Shown here piece after piece: positions 7,792 through 17,957 of a stretch of DNA of 64,000 bases (position 1 is its first letter; each line of letters starts with the position of its first letter). The position numbers and the translations under genes were made by a program. The notes under the pieces were generated by a model. That model saw only the letters and a list, made by a program, of their open reading frames with translations, made no database searches and was not told where the DNA came from. Source of the DNA: a virus; IMG/VR virus record IMGVR_UViG_3300035703_000047, positions 24,986-88,985 of that record. The stretch is one strand, 5' to 3'.

Positions 7792-9506
7792 GACACTAGT
7801 TTACTGAATCCCTTTACTTTATCAAATTTCATCACCCTGTCAAATTTGTCCATGAGATCGTCGGTCTTGTGTGAGATAACGAACACATGAGCGTCCTGGA
7901 TGACGTAACGAATAATATTTGTGAAGAAATCTGTACCTGCACCATCCAAAGAACTATCAAAGATTTCGTCTAGGATAAGAAGATTTGTACTGGCCGAGTT
8001 TCTAAGTTTGGCAATGTCCCGCCAAGTAAACAAGAGAGAAAGGTCAATACGCATCTTCTCACCTTCACTAAACGACTCATAACTAAAATCTTCATGAACC
8101 GGTGACTTTATAACCTCCTTAAACTCTTCATCCAGTGTGAAATTGATGTAGAAGTCCATCATCTGCAAATATTTGTTTATCTGCTGATTCATAAGAGGCA
8201 GATACTTTTTGATGATCTTGGACTTTACTCCACCATCTTTCATCAATGAATGAGCGAACTCGTAATAATGAACTTGTTCCTTTTCCTTGGATCTTTCTTT
8301 TTCTAATGTTTCGAGATCCGATATTAAGTTTTCAAGGGCTTTGCGTTCAGAATTTCTATTTTGAACTTGTTCGGCAATTTCTTGAATTTCGTTTCGTAAA
8401 TTTTTGATTTGTCGGTTAAGCCCAGTAATTTTAACATTGTTGTGTGAAATGTCATTGTTGAGTTTGTTGATCTCCGTAGAATAAGATAAAAATTGTTGAT
8501 CTTTTTCTAGTTCTACATTGATTGCATCCTCCAACTCTTGGTATCCTTCATTGAGTTCTTTAGATTTCTCCTCAATATCTACAATCTTATCTAGGCGAAA
8601 TCTTTCCTCAATGCTTTGGGTACATGTAGGGCATACCGAATTTTCCTGAAAGAACTTATGTTCCGATACTAGTGTTTGAATTTTTTGTTCTAGTTTTGCC
8701 TTAATTTGATTGAGTTTTTTTAGAGTTGAATTTGTACTAGTTAATTCTTCCAACTTTGGTTGAAGATCTCTTTCAATCATTATCAAAGTAGATTCATTAT
8801 CAGTAGTCAATTCATCAATTTCATTCTCAATTATTTGAATATTTTCTTCCTTCCTCTTGATACGATCTTTTCCACTTTTATCAAGATCTTTGATGAAATT
8901 TTCTTGCATCTCAATCTTATCTTCAATCATCTCCTTTTTTAGTGAATACTCACGAATGAGTTCATTAGTACGTCTCATTCTTTCTTTAAGAAGATTATTC
9001 ATTGTAGAGAAAATCTTAATATCAAGAAGGTCTTCAACAATTTCTCTACGATTTGCAGAGGTTAATTGCATGAATGGGACAAAAGTTGCAGATCCAAGAA
9101 TAACAGTTTGAGTAAAAGATTTGTAATTAAGTTTTAAAATACCTTCTTCAAGTTTTTTCTGTTGATCTTGTGCCGCAGAGTCTTGATCTTGGACTTTTCC
9201 ATCTATCCAAATTTCAAAAATATTTGGTTTTATTCCTCTAACAACTTTATATTCTTTATTTCCAATTGCAAATTCTATTTCTACAACACAATCTTTTTCA
9301 TTTACCGAATTGATGAGTTGTGGTTTATTAATTTTTCTGAATGGTTTGTTATACAAAACAAAAGTAAGAGCATCTAAAATAGTACTCTTTCCGGATCCAT
9401 TAGTTCCTACAATTAAGTTTGTTTTGAAGTCTTGAAAATTTACTTCAGTAAATTGATTTCCAGTGGAAAGGAAGTTGCGCCATTTAATCGTTTTGAATAA
9501 AATCAT
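7788..9506 (-). CDS. g46: Recombination endonuclease subunit, Rad50/SbcC-like
   Basis: GTNGSGKST, CPTC zinc hook, FSEGE signature, LILDEIFD. Confidence 0.95.
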   Translation of the reverse strand: MILFKTIKWRNFLSTGNQFTEVNFQDFKTNLIVGTNGSGKSTILDALTFVLYNKPFRKINKPQLINSVNEKDCVVEIEFAIGNKEYKVVRGIKPNIFEIWIDGKVQDQDSAAQDQQKKLEEGILKLNYKSFTQTVILGSATFVPFMQLTSANRREIVEDLLDIKIFSTMNNLLKERMRRTNELIREYSLKKEMIEDKIEMQENFIKDLDKSGKDRIKRKEENIQIIENEIDELTTDNESTLIMIERDLQPKLEELTSTNSTLKKLNQIKAKLEQKIQTLVSEHKFFQENSVCPTCTQSIEERFRLDKIVDIEEKSKELNEGYQELEDAINVELEKDQQFLSYSTEINKLNNDISHNNVKITGLNRQIKNLRNEIQEIAEQVQNRNSERKALENLISDLETLEKERSKEKEQVHYYEFAHSLMKDGGVKSKIIKKYLPLMNQQINKYLQMMDFYINFTLDEEFKEVIKSPVHEDFSYESFSEGEKMRIDLSLLFTWRDIAKLRNSASTNLLILDEIFDSSLDGAGTDFFTNIIRYVIQDAHVFVISHKTDDLMDKFDRVMKFDKVKGFSKLVS

Positions 9507-9759
9507 ATTTTCTTGGGGGAATCACAAAATCATCAGGAGATATAATTGCATATCTATAATTATACTCGTGGCAAGTCTTTATTGCAAGTTGTGGATCAAC
9601 TTCTACAACTTCCATTTCAGGATAATCATCAGCCTCTAAAAGACCAGCAAATCTCTCTGCATCATCTTCATCTTGAAAAAAGTATAGTGTCTTTTCACCA
9701 TTAGAATCAGATACAGCGTATGCGCCGTCTTCGTCTCCATATGGTGTGATCATGTACAT
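9484..9759 (-). CDS. Conserved hypothetical protein between g47 and g46 (DUF3110-like)
   Basis: FQDEDDAERFAGLLEADD motif; typical position. Confidence 0.7.
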   Translation of the reverse strand: MYMITPYGDEDGAYAVSDSNGEKTLYFFQDEDDAERFAGLLEADDYPEMEVVEVDPQLAIKTCHEYNYRYAIISPDDFVIPPRKYDFIQND

Positions 9760-9760
9760 A

Positions 9761-10807
9761 TTATTCTATTTCGCAGGCTTCTTGATAGACCTCTCTCAAT
9801 AGTGTTTTGACCTTTTCTTTGTCTAGGTCAAAATCAGAGTCCTCTACATATTTATTTAAAATAGTAATAGTGTCCTCTATTTTTTCCTGGTCAAAATCTA
9901 CATTATCATCATTAACTTCAAAATTTTCAACAATTTTAATGTCAACAACTCCGGTCTTGTATATCTTATCTACAAACTTTTCAAAAAGAAGTTGATCTGA
10001 TTTTTTGCGAACAATAATCTTAACAATCTTATCTTTACAAGAAGTTGTATTAAATAATTTTGAATTTTGATCCTCGTAATAAATTCTCTCAAACATATTA
10101 TAAGGATTTTGAACGAACTCCAATTCAAAAGTTTCGGTATCAAAAAAGTTAAATCCTCTTTTATCATCCACATCATTCCAATAAAGTTGATAAGGATTTC
10201 CGAGGTAAAAAATCTTTCCATTATTAGAACGAGTATGATAGTGTCCAGAACACACAATTCTGAAGTTATCAAAAACATTCACTTCCATTCCATGTTGTTG
10301 AACATTTCCTGGATACACGCTGAATCCATTTAGTTCAAGATGTCCAAATGCAGCTTTTGATTTAGTTTTAGAAAGCTTTTCCAAGGTTTCTTCACGATTC
10401 TCCGGAGAAATCCAAGGAATCATAAATGTTTTTAATCCAGCAACTTCGTATTCGTCCGGACTAGAAATAGGAACAATGTTGTCATACTCCCTTAACAGAG
10501 ACTCAATAGAGTTGACTTCATTTGTATTTTTATAGTAAGCATCATGATTTCCTACAATTTGATATACTTTGATACCAAGATCTCGAAAACGATCATAAAC
10601 ATTTTCCTTCGCCCAATTTAGAGCCCAAAAATCAACACTTTTACGATTATCAAAAGCATCTCCAAGGTGAATACAATGTTTTATTTTTCTTTTTTCTAGT
10701 TCTGGAAAAAAGACATCATCATAAAACTTTTTAAAATAATCATGAAAGGTTTTACTACCTTTTCTGGCCCCATAATGGGTATCAGTCACACAAGCAATTA
10801 ATGTCAT
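9761..10807 (-). CDS. g47: Recombination endonuclease subunit, Mre11/SbcD-like
   Basis: DTHYG, GDAFD, GNHD, GHYH metallophosphoesterase motifs. Confidence 0.95.
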   Translation of the reverse strand: MTLIACVTDTHYGARKGSKTFHDYFKKFYDDVFFPELEKRKIKHCIHLGDAFDNRKSVDFWALNWAKENVYDRFRDLGIKVYQIVGNHDAYYKNTNEVNSIESLLREYDNIVPISSPDEYEVAGLKTFMIPWISPENREETLEKLSKTKSKAAFGHLELNGFSVYPGNVQQHGMEVNVFDNFRIVCSGHYHTRSNNGKIFYLGNPYQLYWNDVDDKRGFNFFDTETFELEFVQNPYNMFERIYYEDQNSKLFNTTSCKDKIVKIIVRKKSDQLLFEKFVDKIYKTGVVDIKIVENFEVNDDNVDFDQEKIEDTITILNKYVEDSDFDLDKEKVKTLLREVYQEACEIE

Positions 10808-11283
10808 TGATACATTTTTGTTTGAATTGAATCTTTAATACTATTATAGTCAGAAGAATTGCCGTAATCATTATCTACTGTAAATACTTCGTCATATCCA
10901 GATCTTTCAATAATTTTCGATCTAATCTCCATTTGTTTCTTTTCTTTTTGAATTCTCCTCAGAAAAGCATAGTGAATAATCTGAGTAAAATAAGCAAATG
11001 GATTGGAAGACTTTTCTGGATTGAAATTATGAATGTATTGAACACAGTTTTCAATTCCATCGCAGATCATGTCTTCTCGGAACATATAGTTAACAAAGTT
11101 TGGTTTGTAAGATAAATGAGTAGCTATCTTAAGAAAACACTCTCCCAAGTAATTGGTGATACGAGGTTTTGGTTGGTCATTTTCTGCAGCTACCTTAACT
11201 TTTCTTTTATACTCAACTATAGCTTCTAAAAATTCTTTATTGTTTACATAATGTTCGGATCTTTTTCTTTTTGGTGCCTGCAT
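10804..11283 (-). CDS. g55: Late-transcription sigma factor
   Basis: HYVNNKEFL, NFVNYMFREDMICDGIENC, NPFAYFTQI. Confidence 0.95.
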   Translation of the reverse strand: MQAPKRKRSEHYVNNKEFLEAIVEYKRKVKVAAENDQPKPRITNYLGECFLKIATHLSYKPNFVNYMFREDMICDGIENCVQYIHNFNPEKSSNPFAYFTQIIHYAFLRRIQKEKKQMEIRSKIIERSGYDEVFTVDNDYGNSSDYNSIKDSIQTKMYQ

Positions 11284-11315
11284 TTCATGAGTCCCTGTTT
11301 ATATTAAGTGTTCTT

Positions 11316-11344
11316 ATTATAACAGAATATTTGGCTATTGACAA
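11316..11344 (-). promoter_or_regulatory. Sigma70-type promoter for g55
   Basis: TTGTCA-N17-TATAAT. Confidence 0.7.
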
Positions 11345-11367
11345 TGGCTTGGAAAAGTTGGTACAAT
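11338..11367 (+). promoter_or_regulatory. Divergent (antisense) sigma70-type promoter
   Basis: TTGACA-N18-TACAAT with TG extension; overlaps the g55 -35 box. Confidence 0.5.
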
Positions 11368-11388
11368 TACTCTGTGGAGTTTCAAAGA

Positions 11389-11796
11389 TTAGTTATCTTT
11401 AATATCTTGATTTCTATAGAGCTTTTCAAGCTTTTTTCTTGCTTCATGAACTGATGAAAGATATCCCATTTCTGGAGTAAGAGGGTTTTTTATATTTTTA
11501 TCTTCTTTTTGTATTAAAAACTTATGGTACATTTCAATAATTTCTGTATCACGAACTTCACTAATTGTGAGGACTTTTTCCATATCAAGTAAAAATGTAT
11601 CATCATCAGCAAATTTAAGCCATGGATCTATTTTATATCCTTGCATTCCAATTTGTTTCATTACAATAATCTCAATAGTAACCGGATTATGTAATATTAA
11701 CATGGTTCTACCGTCTTCTTCAGAAGGGCAAACAATAGAAAATATTTCTTCTCCAGAAATTAATTTAATAACCGCATAGAAATCTTCTTCCATCAT
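11389..11796 (-). CDS. Conserved hypothetical protein downstream of uvsW (Sm-like fold suspected)
   Basis: YAVIKLISGEEIF...PWLKF motif; conserved position between uvsW and g55. Confidence 0.75.
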   Translation of the reverse strand: MMEEDFYAVIKLISGEEIFSIVCPSEEDGRTMLILHNPVTIEIIVMKQIGMQGYKIDPWLKFADDDTFLLDMEKVLTISEVRDTEIIEMYHKFLIQKEDKNIKNPLTPEMGYLSSVHEARKKLEKLYRNQDIKDN

Positions 11797-13256
11797 TCTT
11801 TTAAATTTACTTGTATAAACTCGTAATTAAAATGTTCTTCATTATAGATTTTAACTCTTTCTATTAAATGATTTAAAGTATAATTTTTTCTAGACTTATA
11901 AGTACAATCATCTGCAATATCATAAAGAACTGCTTGAGTTTTATTATCTCCCTTTCTTAATACTCTCCCAATTGATTGTAAATTACGGATTCTAGATTTC
12001 GAAGGTGAAGCAAAAATAACATTATGTAAATTTTTAATGTTAATTCCTGTAGAAAACGTTCCATACGAAGCAACAATAATTGCATTTTGTTCTCTCTCAG
12101 TAATTTCTCTAACTAATTCTCTTTCTTCCGCATCTACACCACCATGAACATAAAAAACTTTACGTCCTTCTTTGACTGAATTATTTATTAATTCGTAAAG
12201 AGGTTGTCCATGACTTTCAACCCTAGAAAAAAGAATAAGAGTATTTCCTTTTAAATCTAAAGCTAAATTTTTAATAAAGTTATTTCTCTTTTGATGTCCA
12301 ATAATAAACTGAACTTCATCTTCGAAGGTTTCAAATTGTTGTGGATTATGTTTAAGAATAATAATTTTAATTTGAAGTTTGGAAAGATGTCCTTTATCAA
12401 TTAACTCTTTAGTTTGTGTTACTTTATATGATGGACCAAATAGACCTTCTAATACCCATTTGTGTGTTTGAGTTCCATCAAGAGTACCAGTAAAACCAAA
12501 CCTATATTTGGTATTATCCATTTTGGTCATAATATTGACCAATGATTTCGATTTAAATTGATGAGCCTCATCACCAATCACTACGTCAAATGAATCATAA
12601 AACGTTCTAGGTAGTTTATAAATGGACTGCCAAGTAGTAATGACTACAGGAAATTCATTTGTCTTTTCACGACCACTGTAAATGCGATGGCAAAAATCTT
12701 CGGCATTCCATCCATAATCTTGAAAGTCTTTAAACATTTGTTCAACCAAAGACGTTGTAGGAACAACCAAAAGAATCTTTTGATTTTTCTCTGCAAAATA
12801 TCTAACAATAGAGTAAATCATTAATGACTTACCAGATGCAGTTGGAGAAATTAAAAGCTTACGATTATATCTAAGAGCATCATAAACTGCATCTATTTGA
12901 TAATCTCTTGGTTTATGTTTAGAAATACGAGTCATGTAATCTTTGACTCCTTCATGAGAGATCATTTCATTCTCTTCTAAAGGAGTTCCGTAGAATTTAT
13001 TATTTTTAAATTCTACTCTATAGTCCCATTTCTTTGCCCAAGATACTACTTTATCAAGTAGACCGACATAAATTTCGCCAGTATGTGTTGAAAAAAGACG
13101 AATTTTTCCGTCCCAGTATTTACTTCTATATTGAGGCATAAATTTAGCACCAGGAACGTCAAAGGTAAAGTGTTCTGATAGTTCTTGGTAAATATGTGGT
13201 TCTGCTTCAATTTTTAAGAAAACTTCGTTCTTCTTTGCAATTATAATATCAGTCAT
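11793..13256 (-). CDS. uvsW: SF2 RNA-DNA/DNA helicase UvsW
   Basis: SPTASGKS, DEAH, TGT, QSIGRVLR; start MTDII at 13256 preferred. Confidence 0.95.
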   Translation of the reverse strand: MTDIIIAKKNEVFLKIEAEPHIYQELSEHFTFDVPGAKFMPQYRSKYWDGKIRLFSTHTGEIYVGLLDKVVSWAKKWDYRVEFKNNKFYGTPLEENEMISHEGVKDYMTRISKHKPRDYQIDAVYDALRYNRKLLISPTASGKSLMIYSIVRYFAEKNQKILLVVPTTSLVEQMFKDFQDYGWNAEDFCHRIYSGREKTNEFPVVITTWQSIYKLPRTFYDSFDVVIGDEAHQFKSKSLVNIMTKMDNTKYRFGFTGTLDGTQTHKWVLEGLFGPSYKVTQTKELIDKGHLSKLQIKIIILKHNPQQFETFEDEVQFIIGHQKRNNFIKNLALDLKGNTLILFSRVESHGQPLYELINNSVKEGRKVFYVHGGVDAEERELVREITEREQNAIIVASYGTFSTGINIKNLHNVIFASPSKSRIRNLQSIGRVLRKGDNKTQAVLYDIADDCTYKSRKNYTLNHLIERVKIYNEEHFNYEFIQVNLKE

Positions 13257-13677
13257 ATCCTCTAATAAATTTTTGCCATTCAATGGCGTTTTTCAACTGG
13301 TATGTTCTATTTAATATAGTTTTAATAATACTTTCTAGATAATTTAACATCATCTGATAGTATTCTATTTTAGTTTGGCATTTAATTATATCTTCATCTG
13401 CATCAAGATATTTGTCCAAATCATTTTTTAAAACTCGGTGATCAAATGGTTTTTCCACATATACGTCTGGCTCTGCTTTACCAGTATAATATTGCCACTT
13501 TTCTTTTTTTAAAATTTTGTATTTATTTTCTTGAGCTTTTTTTAGAGTTAATACATTGTTAAAAATTTTATAATATTTTGCATGAAGACTGGCAATCTTT
13601 ACAGATTCTGTATGCAAGTTATCCTCATCAATTTTTGAGTCTTCTTCCCAAAGTTTTTGAATTTCATCCAGGTTCAT
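13249..13677 (-). CDS. uvsY: Recombination mediator UvsY
   Basis: LHAKY, YYTGKA, IKTILNRTYQLKNAIEW; position between g3 and uvsW. Confidence 0.9.
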   Translation of the reverse strand: MNLDEIQKLWEEDSKIDEDNLHTESVKIASLHAKYYKIFNNVLTLKKAQENKYKILKKEKWQYYTGKAEPDVYVEKPFDHRVLKNDLDKYLDADEDIIKCQTKIEYYQMMLNYLESIIKTILNRTYQLKNAIEWQKFIRGYD

Positions 13678-14203
13678 ATTTAAAGATTTTATAAAGAGTA
13701 TACTTAAAGGTTACCGTAGCCACTGCATACTGAATATCTTGACTAGTGGCGTCAAAATCAATTTCAGAAAGAGATGTTGGAAACATTCCTTGAAATTTTA
13801 CAAAAGTTGATGGTTGAAAATTACTGTTATAGACTAATAGGGTTCCATCAGATACATTCGGATCTTGATTGGGATTGTATGGGTCACTTTGTTTCCATTC
13901 AGTATATTCGTAAATACTTTCTGGATATCCTAGTCCCCGCATCCAATTTTGAATAATGTTATAGTTTTCTAAATTTTCGTCAATATTAAAAGTTAATTTA
14001 AAATCATCAAAAATTAATTTGTCACCAGGAATTGGGATATCTTTCAAATAAGTTGGTTGGATTGCTACTCCAAGATTAATTCCTGGAATATTTGCCGATT
14101 TTGAAAAAAAATCTACTTTTGGTGATCTTGTAAGATTAAATTTAAATCCTAGAGAACTTAAAAAATTTCTATTTGAAATTTGATTATCAAAAGCACTTGA
14201 CAT
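13664..14203 (-). CDS. g3: Tail tube terminator / tail completion protein
   Basis: NRNFLS, ANIPGINLG, PGDK, FPTSLS; follows g23. Confidence 0.85.
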   Translation of the reverse strand: MSSAFDNQISNRNFLSSLGFKFNLTRSPKVDFFSKSANIPGINLGVAIQPTYLKDIPIPGDKLIFDDFKLTFNIDENLENYNIIQNWMRGLGYPESIYEYTEWKQSDPYNPNQDPNVSDGTLLVYNSNFQPSTFVKFQGMFPTSLSEIDFDATSQDIQYAVATVTFKYTLYKIFKYEPG

Positions 14204-14215
14204 CGTTTTTACTTT

Positions 14216-14222
14216 TATTTAT
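14216..14222 (-). promoter_or_regulatory. Late promoter (ATAAATA) for g3
   Basis: Core just downstream of the g23 terminator. Confidence 0.6.
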
Positions 14223-14229
14223 TTGCAAT

Positions 14230-14252
14230 AAAAAAGGGTCCTTTCGGACCCT
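14230..14252 (-). terminator. Rho-independent terminator after g23
   Basis: AGGGTCC-GAAA-GGACCCT plus U tract. Confidence 0.9.
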
Positions 14253-14276
14253 GAATCTGAAGAGTTGTGAAATGAA

Positions 14277-15686
14277 TCACATAAGGTTGGCAACCTTGAC
14301 TCTTCTATAGTAACGGTTTGCATTGAGGCGGAGTCTTCCGAGTCCCTGATCGGTTCCTTCTGCAAATGGGTTGGCAACAATACCATAACGGGTCTTGAAG
14401 CCAATTTTTGGTTGGAAGGTATCCTGACCGACGGCACGAACCATCTGGAGAGGAACATATGGGCAGTAGAAGATACCAGCGTCATATGCGCTAGAACCCT
14501 TGTAACCTACAACGTAGTACTGGTCAGCACCAGTTCCACCGCCATTGTAACCAGCAGCATATGGGTCAATGTAGACTCTATACTTGCCTTGGAGAACACC
14601 AGCGAAGGTGTTACCAGTGTCATCAACGTTAAGATTAGCGTTGAGTGCAGGAGTGTAGTCAAGTACACCAGCCATAGTTAGAGCAGAAGCAACGTCTGCA
14701 GAACAGATGATGGTGTTGCCCTTTCCTCTACGAGTTCTTTGTGCGATTGCGTTAGCATCACGCTCGATTTGGAAGAGTAGACCCTTGAACTTCTCAACGG
14801 ACCAACGACCGTTTGAATCAACGTCAAGGTCAAATACACCCTGAGTTGCGGTATTTGCAGTAGCACCTTGCTCGGCAACCTTGTAGATAGTTCTGATGAC
14901 TTCTCTGTTGATCTCAGCGAGGATCTCAGTAGAAAGAAGGTTAGCAAGTTCTGCTTCTGCATTTAGACCGTGGATCGCCTTGAGGTCTTGAGCAAGCTCT
15001 AGGGAATACTCAGCCTTGAGGGCGCGTGACTTAGCAGTTACGGTGACTTTCTCGATTGAGAATGCCATCTCGTTGAAGAAGTTACCAGCAGAATCTCCGA
15101 GAGCCTCGGAATCGCCAGTGGTCATACCCTGACCAACGTTATATGGTGATGGGTTGGTGGTAGCGGTTCCAACTGGGTTGAGAAGACCTGGATTGCTTCC
15201 ATCCTGATTAGTTGTACCGAAACCAACTAGACCATCGGAGAAACCGTTGGAAAGGTTACGGCTGTTGTTCTGACCAGAGAAAGTGGTATCTACTTCATTG
15301 AAGAAGGTCTCATCTCCACTCTGACCGTTGTAACGGGAACGCATTGCGAAGATGAGTCCAGTAGGGCCAGACATTGGTTGAACGCCACAGATGTCATAAG
15401 CAATGAGGTTAGGCATTGCACGACGAATGAGGCTGATTAGAACTGGGTCGAAACCAGCAACTGGACCACCAGCAGCAGCGGAACCAGAGAATCCACCAGT
15501 ACCAGCAGAGTTGGTTGGGGAAGCTTCGCCAAGGAACTCAGCAGACTCGCGGAGTTCTCTCTCTTGGTTCTCTAGAAGTTGTGCAGTAACTGCACGTCTG
15601 TGGGAATCTTTGATATTGCCTAGACCATCAAAGTCTAGAACTGGAGCCCACTTCTCCATTAAATGTTGTGAATTAATTCCGTCCAT
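14277..15686 (-). CDS. g23: Major capsid protein
   Basis: AGFDPVLISLIRR, GVQPMSGPTGLIFAMR, ELAQDLKAIHGL, FQPKIGFKTRYG. Confidence 0.98.
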   Translation of the reverse strand: MDGINSQHLMEKWAPVLDFDGLGNIKDSHRRAVTAQLLENQERELRESAEFLGEASPTNSAGTGGFSGSAAAGGPVAGFDPVLISLIRRAMPNLIAYDICGVQPMSGPTGLIFAMRSRYNGQSGDETFFNEVDTTFSGQNNSRNLSNGFSDGLVGFGTTNQDGSNPGLLNPVGTATTNPSPYNVGQGMTTGDSEALGDSAGNFFNEMAFSIEKVTVTAKSRALKAEYSLELAQDLKAIHGLNAEAELANLLSTEILAEINREVIRTIYKVAEQGATANTATQGVFDLDVDSNGRWSVEKFKGLLFQIERDANAIAQRTRRGKGNTIICSADVASALTMAGVLDYTPALNANLNVDDTGNTFAGVLQGKYRVYIDPYAAGYNGGGTGADQYYVVGYKGSSAYDAGIFYCPYVPLQMVRAVGQDTFQPKIGFKTRYGIVANPFAEGTDQGLGRLRLNANRYYRRVKVANLM

Positions 15687-15745
15687 TTTAGTTTGATACC
15701 TCGTTTTAAGTGTTGTTAAACTGCGGTTTGAGTATTATCTAGAAA

Positions 15746-16954
15746 TCACTTTTTAGCAACGTTGGAAAGTGCTCTTAAATAAGCATCCATAGAAGGTGAA
15801 TGAATCACTTCTTGGAAATTAGCTTCTTCCTTTAGGTTTTCCGTTTCGTCAGCTGGAGCACTAGCGTGTTCTGGGAAGTAAGACTTCCTTAGAGTTACTA
15901 GTTTCTCACGATAGTTCGCTTCACTCTCAAACTCAACACTTTCTGCAAGGCTTGCAAACTTATCCTTTTGGGATAGTGCGAGACCTTCTGCAACTTCGCC
16001 AAAAATTCTGTCAGCAGAACTTTCGGAGAGCTTTTGATTAAGAGCAATATTGCGCTCAATCTGCTCGTTGAGTTTTGTCTCCATATCATCAAGTTTTTGT
16101 ACCATGCTCTCTAGTACATCATATTTCTCTTCAGGCATTGATACATAATGTTCTTCAAAAAGACCCTTCATTCCAACAATGAAGGATTCCGTGATCTCAG
16201 TCTTAAGACCACTTTCAATGGCAAGAGCATTCTCTTCTAACCACTCGGAAGCAACATACTCTAGGTATGAGTCAACACGTTCGGTTAGTTCTAGTTTGAT
16301 TTCTTCAACCTCTTCTGCAAGAGCTTCAGCATAATTTTCTTCCAAAATAGATTGAATTTCCTTTGTTTTCGAGTGTAAAGCAGCTTCGAATACAAGCTTC
16401 GCTTTCTCTTTGAATTCCTCGGAGAGATCATCTTCACCAGAGAGAAGAGCATTAACGTCTTCATCAATAATAGAATCTACGTCTTCTTCAACGACTTCTT
16501 CCTCTTCAGACTCTTCTACTTCAATTTCCTCGCCTTCAGACTCCTCACCTTCTTCTGCAACGATTTCTTCATACTCTTCTTCTTCAACTTCCTCTTTCAT
16601 ACCACCACCTTGACCTGGGGTAGAAACAGAAGTTGCTGAAGTCTCAGCACCTTGAGCTGCAGCAGCTTTAGCATTTACAACATCCTTAACTTGCTTAAGA
16701 GTTGCACCAGGAGTCTTTAGCGTATTGCTATTATCATCTGGTCTGCTATTTTCTGGTGTAGGGCCTCCAAGATCTTCCCAACCACCAGTTTGACCTGGAG
16801 TTGCAACAGGGGTTGCACTTTTTTCTGGGGAAGCCGGTGCAGATGCGTTAGCATTTACAGCGGTTTTGGATTGTGAAGTGCCGCTTCCTGCGCCACCGCC
16901 CTGGCCGGGGGTAGCAACAGATTCCATTTCTTGTAAATTGTTACCACGGGACAT
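15746..16954 (-). CDS. g22: Prohead core scaffolding protein
   Basis: Acidic coiled coil, LSEEFKEKAKLVFEAA, position between g21 and g23. Confidence 0.9.
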   Translation of the reverse strand: MSRGNNLQEMESVATPGQGGGAGSGTSQSKTAVNANASAPASPEKSATPVATPGQTGGWEDLGGPTPENSRPDDNSNTLKTPGATLKQVKDVVNAKAAAAQGAETSATSVSTPGQGGGMKEEVEEEEYEEIVAEEGEESEGEEIEVEESEEEEVVEEDVDSIIDEDVNALLSGEDDLSEEFKEKAKLVFEAALHSKTKEIQSILEENYAEALAEEVEEIKLELTERVDSYLEYVASEWLEENALAIESGLKTEITESFIVGMKGLFEEHYVSMPEEKYDVLESMVQKLDDMETKLNEQIERNIALNQKLSESSADRIFGEVAEGLALSQKDKFASLAESVEFESEANYREKLVTLRKSYFPEHASAPADETENLKEEANFQEVIHSPSMDAYLRALSNVAKK

Positions 16955-16989
16955 TTTTACTCTCCGATTACCTTAGTATAATCTGTATT

Positions 16990-16997
16990 TATTTATA
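16990..16997 (-). promoter_or_regulatory. Late promoter TATAAATA for g22-g23
   Basis: Perfect consensus with an overlapping second ATAAATA. Confidence 0.8.
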
Positions 16998-16999
16998 AA

Positions 17000-17650
17000 T
17001 TATAGATTTGACAGAAACTCTTGGAACAGATTTAACTTCTGTTCATCAAGTCTTCTCTGGTCTATAAGTGTATTTATTCTTTTTTGGGTTCTTTCTGCAA
17101 GTTGTTCACGAAGGATTCCTCCATCCCAAACCCACTCTTTGCCTTCCATAATTCCAGAAACAAAAGCATCTGGAGCGGAAGGATCAGCAACGATATCAGC
17201 TGCAGTAGCAAGCATGAAATCTTCACCGACAATTTTGTGTCCTTCACTAGTTGTTTGTAGAGAACCTACACCACGAGAAGAAACACCAAGCATTACGCCC
17301 TCATCCAAAAGGGAGGATGCAATCTTACCCATAGGAGTATTAAGAATTTGTGCTTTACCTTTGAAGTTATTACCTTCCTGAACTAGTGAAGTAATCTTAT
17401 GCGAAACGCGATCAAGATTTACTGTTGGGCCATCTGGATGGCCAAGTTCTCCAAGAGCACGACCTTTTTGAACAAACTGCTCATTGTAACGATCTACTTC
17501 ACGGGAAAGAACATTAATTGGATACATTCTTCCATTGCGATTTTTAATTTCTCCTTGGAGAAATACGCCTTCAATATAGAGTTTTTTATTAACACCTTTT
17601 CCTTCGGTGATAATCTTTACATTCGTTACTTCTTCGGTAATTAGTTTCAT
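17000..17650 (-). CDS. g21: Prohead protease
   Basis: NRNGRMY, GELGHP, GVSSRGVGS, DIVADPSAPDAFV. Confidence 0.95.
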   Translation of the reverse strand: MKLITEEVTNVKIITEGKGVNKKLYIEGVFLQGEIKNRNGRMYPINVLSREVDRYNEQFVQKGRALGELGHPDGPTVNLDRVSHKITSLVQEGNNFKGKAQILNTPMGKIASSLLDEGVMLGVSSRGVGSLQTTSEGHKIVGEDFMLATAADIVADPSAPDAFVSGIMEGKEWVWDGGILREQLAERTQKRINTLIDQRRLDEQKLNLFQEFLSNL

Positions 17651-17655
17651 AGTTC

Positions 17656-17925
17656 TTAGTTGGTGAGTCCTACTTTAGCTGCTTTAACTGATGCAGAAGA
17701 TGCAAAGATTACATCAGTTGAATATTTTTCAAGAAATTCAACTGATCCAGTAGCCATTGTAAATGTACTAGTAGTTGCGGATCCAACAGAAGGTGAAATA
17801 CTTACTGTAGCCGCAGCACCAGATCCATTATACAATCTTACACAGGTAGCTTCACTAATGCTGGAAGCTGTACCTGATGTAGTTGGCATCGCAACTTCTG
17901 TTGCAATTATTTTTGTTCTTTGCAT
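17656..17925 (-). CDS. Small hypothetical (probably virion) protein
   Basis: ATCVRLYN...VEFLEK; late promoter at 17951-17957. Confidence 0.7.
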   Translation of the reverse strand: MQRTKIIATEVAMPTTSGTASSISEATCVRLYNGSGAAATVSISPSVGSATTSTFTMATGSVEFLEKYSTDVIFASSASVKAAKVGLTN

Positions 17926-17950
17926 TGTTATAATAAAGTTCTATAATAAC

Positions 17951-17957
17951 TATTTAT
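17951..17957 (-). promoter_or_regulatory. Late promoter (ATAAATA)
   Basis: About 25 nt upstream of ATG 17925. Confidence 0.65.

Noticed and set aside
14219-15696. Alternative-frame and antisense ORFs over g23
   Set aside because: Expected by-product of strong codon bias in a highly expressed gene; no independent support.
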